Of a stretch of DNA of 61,089 nt, positions 56,701-61,089 are shown one piece after another. The position numbers were made by a program, and so were the translations under genes. Each line of letters starts with the position of its first letter. Positions within the stretch are counted from its first letter, which is position 1. The DNA is taken from IMG/VR virus record IMGVR_UViG_3300031658_000007, positions 1 to 61,089 of that record. One strand, 5' to 3'. The notes below the pieces were generated by a model. It made no database searches and was not told the DNA's origin. It was given only the letters and a program-made list of their open reading frames with translations. The DNA comes from a virus (taxonomy: Duplodnaviria > Caudoviricetes).

Positions 56701-56884
56701 TAATGCGTTTAGAGTCTACTTGAACATCTTTAGAAGAGAAGGATTCAAACATATCCATAACTTTTTTATCAGTTATTTCCCAGACATTCACCCTAGTTTC
56801 TTTATCAGTATTTCGGTCTATTTCGACATCTTTAGCTATGTTTCGTAACATACCTTTAACTGTGTTTCTTGGTGTACAGCTCAT
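50744..56884 (-). CDS. Virion RNA polymerase (N4 vRNAP-like), polymerase plus C-terminal domains
   Basis: 2046 aa; NARLYY..NPQ.SKLMR, motif A SDATASG, motif B RELSKGPTMTFIY, motif C IHDD; zincin HEITH; single Cys. Confidence 0.85.
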   Translation of the reverse strand: MSCTPRNTVKGMLRNIAKDVEIDRNTDKETRVNVWEITDKKVMDMFESFSSKDVQVDSKRIKGKLDRSLDVAEKFRPAMQTFVKSLQTVTVNGVQTTSDKSARHQAIALKDIMDSIKGEIDKAGNENVNINDISNDGVNPYIPLHRLAATIGRKILYLEGYRFKKISDSKGSAVDVERAYYRSGMVAINNLQDNGFISVHEGRGSIKDYLDDISSKRNYSEKVTTEVSVVELNLKAFDVTAKSSAKKYFTDKSIIDINNHPLSAYVKVIESINYVSQPSNITLPSTSPIKERKNQDAYTLTPEMEAARKELESNPVFIDSDLHSFFDLLHKELKDSDMSASKWISNHIKDTETLKNLFKVEKINIVLADQSSHVGRNLSKTTPVDDLIEYYDHMTDANGKAASLYMPMFGGKNARLYYENSVVNPQASKLMRHALTISEYEMSVGSEVYNFYVNKVALRLGLTDFEGNSTPEVLLDSDNVTEEGKTLTQAFEMYDKFVSKDTAAGKLKQLTQLQGLFPHLDFADIVTTVRAAKGIRDSLGSKTIKTSYMVSSDATASGGQLILKQALGTNPSSIKKLMQRLGLLDGEVDTQDKLKDIYGILKVKLENFVNNITDLDDFYVRENENNDKIKKIVDLVSKDLYNGDIRELSKGPTMTFIYQQSEEGANNSLSNTFSGLLVANLNKIKVSSDTIDLVNELLGTDHKNNQEGRDALRDDRNIKDELRKAFASSGMPSFLFDTLTDSLVTEYLATYRKRSEQVFKFLNNNPLLSKMRMYPAAAVVEAFNGGKALSYTKEHLKDFGLPLTKVFEVQNTVDGETVLTREDKLQPTVLGVSQVHGVDTSNQYRGIAGLPTKHETGSISIHDDTRTSAPALMEFEGQYVEQDFNAAFDFDIHEQALMAALAYDPSLKKDSDFVSLLDTIRKEKSVKQEILEESRGFKTLSVIGDGLVPTSIVKPKPKPKKSFKDSSLSETDILEDLASESAVISKFLTENNSSTVIKGSQNKFDTDNDTIVISDKDDRTGGSVQSIKTAKGRKNLIELIEHEITHSYTIGLISDWAINRSNNVKSTSPQLDLNLAYISKSMNRLRDNIDSGRIVLDNTTINRLKYALDNTGGEATRLAEFIAIMNSESEVAKKVYKALGDSNKSRLKKVIAFVKAKVKEMLSSVSYRDVVTNDVDAGKLYTAINSVIAEGTSERETNIANIKAIQTWYGKDLFAASPINSDGISGAVELMNASIARRINDPLVNKSGEGIKWVDDFMRTNFPLYATTLDKIKGIYDSSEALQGIIHKITNSNVNTDLKNKVLSLAAATRSGREDLTSKELQKFNKLKLSDVEKTDLYDFTSKMAIQDYFLFAEGVTDFDAEVKALEVLFDTPQLRKMETIVELNVNDKVYTDTIYNVNALSVQDNLKSSARKLVVLKSILAIEDGPQRFTKLMSNTAMADLVKDVVVANELILTEGRIPKLDMRDSQMTDQYKEQTVFKVVNQEQVNNYAYEEKSGWKVLKSPTKNSLGVVYKQVIDSTFIEGAFTDIRTQSTDIVVGKEMRHDPRVVKIGDKYKYILETKYKNEIGLVKDASQGLVRTMAHNMAILDTHIIRDLIMEETNYWNLGSKGTDNLSDLIKDKNRDHPWFIGGNEDIKFSDLPKEVQAAYMPKSKKLSNVKSSNGKGTLESRVQYVRKDINYWLVGATESSIATDPKLKWALRITKSFVTGAKISMVILNPAKIAADNMSNLSYLSVMGVDPLEIQKSYRLISSEFDGYQKIKNELTQLRVRGYARPDDKSLQKKIKLLNDKLKAHPSNGLVTRGFINSLGSELIVNANDPSSGFKKDLDSVLKTIFQDNKGKNNDIGKFIMNFSRWNVGLEEFLETLSPVFGSLDSTKNVETELNRIAKRLKDIKSEDDLISYLHQYLNSPDSEFVKLGSHMTDLTDILAKETYYRHLVGVKDMDPKKAELEVTDSFPDYKEVLPLKIKQLSDVGIIPFPNYGLRIQKAIYRMVKNKPVSFGTELAIENYFNLNAQQIWDSNVWNMHTSFTGIFQNPWNYIGMKSII

Positions 56885-56887
56885 AGT

Positions 56888-59797
56888 TTATACCGCGCAA
56901 ACATCGTCTTTACTAAAGTTATTATCAATAAATTCATCTAATTGCTCATCTGTGACAATTTCATCTATTAACCACATACCATTTTCGTCAACTTCAAGTT
57001 GCCCACTGGGGGGTACAGGAACAGAGCTATCTCGTTGAGTAGTTTCTGTCTCTGTTTGTGTATCAGCAGTCTTTAGAGCTGTCTCTATACTACCACGGTA
57101 AGATTCTATATTCCCTTTTTTACCTATGTCTGGTAACACATTTACCATTATAGCTAGTAACGCACCAGCTTCGGTAGTTTCAAATAGCTTACTAGCTGCT
57201 TGTATAAATTTTGTAGATGATACTAATTTTATAGTGTCAGCTAACATTGCTTCTTTATCTGCTGGGTCAGTTAAAGCATCTCTTTTTTGTTCTTCTAATT
57301 TCAGACCAGCTATAAACTTATTAGTCTGAGGACTTGTTTTAATAACATAAGAAGTTTTAGTGTCTACATCAGTTACTTCACTATCTGTCTTATCTTCTGA
57401 GTTAAATATACTACTATTAATAATAGAACTAACTAAAGATTCTACTTTAGTTGCAGTAGACTTTGCGACTTCTGTAACTTTTTCAGCTGCACTTGCTACT
57501 TTTCCAGCGACAGTACCTTTAAAAACTTTTCGGTATCTATCAAGTTTACGGTTAATTGTATCTAGTGTTTCTTTGTCTAGTGAATTAGAGCTATCAGGTG
57601 AGTAACTTTCATTACTTGTGTACAAGTCTAAAACTTTTTGTACTGTTTCAACTGTATCTATGTCTTCTAGCTTAACTTTAGAAACTTCCAGTAATTCAGC
57701 TGCTACAGCACTCATACTACCTACAGGTATGGCTTGTCTTCTAGCTACTGACTTTATAACAGGACTAAGCCCCCCTAAATTTACTAGTCCTTCTACTACA
57801 CGACCAGATGATAAAGAAGCTCTTTCTCTTCTGTCAGCAAGAGTATCTAGCTTTGCTGAAAGCTTAGGCATTGTGCTGCTTAGAGCGTTAGATAGCTTAC
57901 GTATGGTTTCAGGTGTGTTTTCTCTTACTTCTGCTTCAAGAGATTGCAGACCTTCCTTAGTAGCGTTATTACCGTAAGAAACAGCTTTTTCAGCCAGTCC
58001 ATAAGTTGCTGAAGTATTAAAAGTTTTTAGTTCTTCGATAGCAGCAGTACTTACAACTTTAGCAGCAGTTATTACTTGTTCTATAGCATCATCAGGTAAG
58101 TTAACAAAAGCAGCAGCTTTCTTAGCAAGTAAAACAGCTTCTTCAGAGGCTTGTTTAGTTTTTGATGCGGCAATCTTATAGTAAAAATTAGACTCTAACT
58201 TTATTTTAGAAAGAGCTACGTCAGATTCGTACTCTCTAATAATACTATTTTTAACTCTGTTAAAAACTTTTTCATTATTTAAGTCATCAGTTTTTGCAAC
58301 CTTACCTAGTTCTTCTTCTAAATCAGGATCAGTAATATCTGCAAAACTTGTGGCTTTACTAAGTGTTTCTTTTCTTGCACTTGTACTAGTCTTAAATTCT
58401 TCATGTTGAGCTTTAGCTATTTCATACTCATTACGTATTTCATTAGTTTGTTCGTCAGAAAGGTATTTACTAAGTTTTTTGGCATTTCTTTCACTAGCAA
58501 ACTTGTTAGTTGCCAAAACTGCTTTTTTGCCTAATTTAAACGTAGTTTTTGCTGTACCTACAGTAGCGTCTGCTGCTACTCCAATACCAACAGCAGGAAC
58601 TGTAGTAAGACCTTTAGTGCCAGAACCAGCACCGAATCCTAGTGCAGCACCTAACTTTGCTTCAAATTGGTTTTCAGGGTTGTTTATTTCTGCTTTTACT
58701 GCATTCCAAAATTCACCTTTCTGTGCTGCTGTAGCATTTACGTTTATTATTTCTCCCCAAGTTTGGGCATACTCTTGTAATCCTTCAGCAGTACCAGCGG
58801 CACCTAGTTTTACAACACCTTTCCCAAGACGTTTAGCTATGCTTACTAAGCTAGAATCTTTACTCATAGACTTAATAGCTGTTGTTATGTCATTTTTTAA
58901 ATGTTTAGCAAAATTAGGTATAACTAGGTTTTTAATTATAGCTGGTTCAAATATAGTAGTAGAAAGATTCACAAGATACATTTGTGCTACTTCAGAAGTT
59001 GTAGGATTTCTTGAATTTTTCTCACGAAAGTCATTTACTTGTCGTTGAGTTAAATCTGCATTCATTACACTTACTTGAGCAGCAGATTTAGCTACTGCTT
59101 TACTAGCAGTAATAAGTTTAGAAGCTTTTTTAGTCTTATCTACAGCGTCTACAATAGCGTTAGCACCTTTGTATAACTTGTATGCTTTATTGGCAAGGGC
59201 TGTTATACCTATAGCACTAGCTACTGCTGGGGCTAACGCAGTTGTTCCTGCAATTGCTGCAGTAGTAGCAACAGCTGTACCTATACTACCAGAACTATCA
59301 GAAATAGTAGCTGGAGCAGCAAGAACCGAATTCTTTAGAACATCCCAATAGTTGCCTTCAGCAAGTGACTCAGTAACTCTTCTCTGTGGTGCGTCTACTA
59401 ACCTTTCACGATCTTGTAACGAAACACCAGAAGCTAAGTCAGCATCTGCCCTGTTTTCTGCATTAGTTCTTTCTTCCCCAGTAAATATGTCTGATATGTT
59501 TGTACCAGTTTGACGAAAACCAGACTCCATAATATCTAGGTAGTTACTATTACCATTACTTTGTTCTGGTGTAAATGCCCCCCCAGCAAGACTCATTGGG
59601 TTATTTGGCAAATAAGGATTAACAACAGGATTAACAACAGGGTTAGTATCTGGAATACCAGTAGTAACTTCTGATGGAGCTAGGCGTTCTTGTTTTTCAG
59701 CTATCCTAGAATTCAATATCTCCTTCTTTTTATCGAATAGAGACTGTGTGTATATTGGTTGAAAGGCAGCAGTAGGATCGTAAAAGGGATCAGCCAT
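56888..59797 (-). CDS. Ejection protein equivalent to the N4 vRNAP N-terminal domain
   Basis: 969 aa; Ala/Gly hydrophobic stretches and AEGLQEYAQ motif; same frame as the vRNAP, separated by TAA-ACT. Confidence 0.7.
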   Translation of the reverse strand: MADPFYDPTAAFQPIYTQSLFDKKKEILNSRIAEKQERLAPSEVTTGIPDTNPVVNPVVNPYLPNNPMSLAGGAFTPEQSNGNSNYLDIMESGFRQTGTNISDIFTGEERTNAENRADADLASGVSLQDRERLVDAPQRRVTESLAEGNYWDVLKNSVLAAPATISDSSGSIGTAVATTAAIAGTTALAPAVASAIGITALANKAYKLYKGANAIVDAVDKTKKASKLITASKAVAKSAAQVSVMNADLTQRQVNDFREKNSRNPTTSEVAQMYLVNLSTTIFEPAIIKNLVIPNFAKHLKNDITTAIKSMSKDSSLVSIAKRLGKGVVKLGAAGTAEGLQEYAQTWGEIINVNATAAQKGEFWNAVKAEINNPENQFEAKLGAALGFGAGSGTKGLTTVPAVGIGVAADATVGTAKTTFKLGKKAVLATNKFASERNAKKLSKYLSDEQTNEIRNEYEIAKAQHEEFKTSTSARKETLSKATSFADITDPDLEEELGKVAKTDDLNNEKVFNRVKNSIIREYESDVALSKIKLESNFYYKIAASKTKQASEEAVLLAKKAAAFVNLPDDAIEQVITAAKVVSTAAIEELKTFNTSATYGLAEKAVSYGNNATKEGLQSLEAEVRENTPETIRKLSNALSSTMPKLSAKLDTLADRRERASLSSGRVVEGLVNLGGLSPVIKSVARRQAIPVGSMSAVAAELLEVSKVKLEDIDTVETVQKVLDLYTSNESYSPDSSNSLDKETLDTINRKLDRYRKVFKGTVAGKVASAAEKVTEVAKSTATKVESLVSSIINSSIFNSEDKTDSEVTDVDTKTSYVIKTSPQTNKFIAGLKLEEQKRDALTDPADKEAMLADTIKLVSSTKFIQAASKLFETTEAGALLAIMVNVLPDIGKKGNIESYRGSIETALKTADTQTETETTQRDSSVPVPPSGQLEVDENGMWLIDEIVTDEQLDEFIDNNFSKDDVCAV

Positions 59798-59798
59798 G

Positions 59799-61089
59799 TT
59801 ATTTTCCTATTATTCTATTTGTCTCTTTTTGTCTTCTAATAGTAGAATTTATTAAGGCAGATCTTTTACCTTTAACTCTACTCTTTTCTAGCTTATACAT
59901 AGCTTTTATTACACGTTCATTATAATTAGTACTTTCAGGAGAACCTACACCAGATATTTCTCCTAACTCAACAGCTAGTTTTCCACGCTCTAGTAGTTGT
60001 TCTTTCATGAAAGAAGACATATTTTTACTGTAAACACCGTTACCTACTATTACTTCATTTAATGTTGTAGTAACAAACAATTTGTCTAACTCTGCGTTGT
60101 ACTTAGGATCTACTTTATTAAACTCTTCTACTTGTTTAGACACTACTGAGATATTAGGGTTTACACCAGTTACTAAGGGTTCAGTAGAGTTTACTACAGA
60201 TTCACTAGGGTTTACTGCATATTCATTAGGGTTTACTGGGTTTACGCCAGAAGTTACTAAAGGTTCCACAGAATCTTCTGCAGTTACACGAGAATTTACT
60301 AAAGATTCGGCAATAGTATTAGGTTGTGAACCCTTACGACTATCTTTACGGAATATAGGGGTATTTATAGGTCTACCAGTAAATATAGAAGGCTCCTTCC
60401 AGTTGTTAGCAGATCTTTCTTTTTCAAGATTAAAAATAGTTGTTACAATAGCATTAGTTCTATCAGCACCTTTTAAGTTTTCTATATTAGGAATACTTAA
60501 TGTTCCCTGTTCTAAGCCAGCGTTACCTCTTTTTATCATTTCTGATTTAGTTCTGTGTTTTAGTGTATTAACAGCCCACTCAGGTCTACCTTTCAAATCT
60601 TTATTTGGATCTAGGGAATTAAATATTTGTGTAAGATTCTTCTGGTACTCACCAAGTTCTCTAGAATCTTCTTTATTTGCCTTAATAAACTCTGCTTGTT
60701 TATCAGCTTTTCGGTTAAGTATTCTGTTCAATTCTGATGTATTTTTAACTTCATCTGTAAAAAGTACATCAGAAAGCTCTACGCCTTCAGGTGGTTTTTC
60801 ACTGTTAAACTTGTTACTTAAATTTTCATAATCTTCATCGTAACGGTCCAGTTCTCCTTGTTGTTTAGCTGTTAGACTATCAAATGCTGTTACCACAGTT
60901 GGAGAATTTACACTATTATCTGTACTTACTTCTTTATCTTTACCAGTGAAAATTTTGTTAGGAGCTACTACACTAGCTACGTCAGTGTTTACTTCACTTC
61001 TTTCACCACTTTCACTACTTTCACTAAGTAACTTATTCAGTGTAACAACATCTTTAGTACCTGTAGTATCTGTAGTACCTGTTTTAGTA
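59799..61089 (-). CDS. 3' part of the origin-spanning virion protein
   Basis: Frame is open from the window end to the stop at 59799; in frame with ATG 1498 through the overlap. Confidence 0.8.
   Translation of the reverse strand, partial: TKTGTTDTTGTKDVVTLNKLLSESSESGERSEVNTDVASVVAPNKIFTGKDKEVSTDNSVNSPTVVTAFDSLTAKQQGELDRYDEDYENLSNKFNSEKPPEGVELSDVLFTDEVKNTSELNRILNRKADKQAEFIKANKEDSRELGEYQKNLTQIFNSLDPNKDLKGRPEWAVNTLKHRTKSEMIKRGNAGLEQGTLSIPNIENLKGADRTNAIVTTIFNLEKERSANNWKEPSIFTGRPINTPIFRKDSRKGSQPNTIAESLVNSRVTAEDSVEPLVTSGVNPVNPNEYAVNPSESVVNSTEPLVTGVNPNISVVSKQVEEFNKVDPKYNAELDKLFVTTTLNEVIVGNGVYSKNMSSFMKEQLLERGKLAVELGEISGVGSPESTNYNERVIKAMYKLEKSRVKGKRSALINSTIRRQKETNRIIGK
60956..61089. repeat. Terminal overlap, right copy
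   Basis: Identical to 1-143 minus one 9-bp unit. Confidence 0.95.

Noticed and set aside
56885-56890. Stop-codon readthrough or genetic-code reassignment joining the vRNAP halves
   Set aside because: The stop is TAA, an ATG follows immediately, and all three stops terminate genes normally elsewhere; not formally excluded
56888-56902. CaaX prenylation motif at the C-terminus (VCAV)
   Set aside because: Cys is third from the end rather than fourth, and the host is bacterial
52419-60831. Plus-strand ORFs opposite the vRNAP and ejection genes
   Set aside because: Antisense shadows with Ser/Leu/Phe-rich composition

Overview
The window is an essentially complete ~61 kb AT-rich dsDNA phage genome with N4-like (Schitoviridae-like) architecture, assembled as a circle. 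Bases 1-143 recur at 60956-61089, and a Cys-free virion gene of ~884 aa spans that junction. The minus strand carries the late module: terminase, tail fibres, lysis genes, portal, scaffold, N4-gp56-like capsid, tail/ejection proteins and a virion RNA polymerase. The plus strand (27-50.7 kb) carries early and middle genes: a second T7-type RNAP, many small ORFs, SF1 helicase, MoxR-type ATPase, split primase, split family A DNA polymerase, exonuclease, Sak4-like ATPase and SSB. The most striking feature is a translationally coupled cassette of an acyl carrier protein, a minimal ketosynthase and an orphan gene (possibly an acyltransferase) inside the virion-assembly operon, suggesting phage-encoded acylation of virion proteins. 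Other highlights are a split vRNAP whose only two cysteines flank the split, an amidoligase + SPOUT-like cassette behind the receptor-binding gene, a single-chain RNAP with His at the T7 Tyr639 position, a RepL/ParB-like pair with an 11-bp iteron-like array, and candidate structured ncRNAs. All family assignments come from motif recognition by eye. No searches were run.
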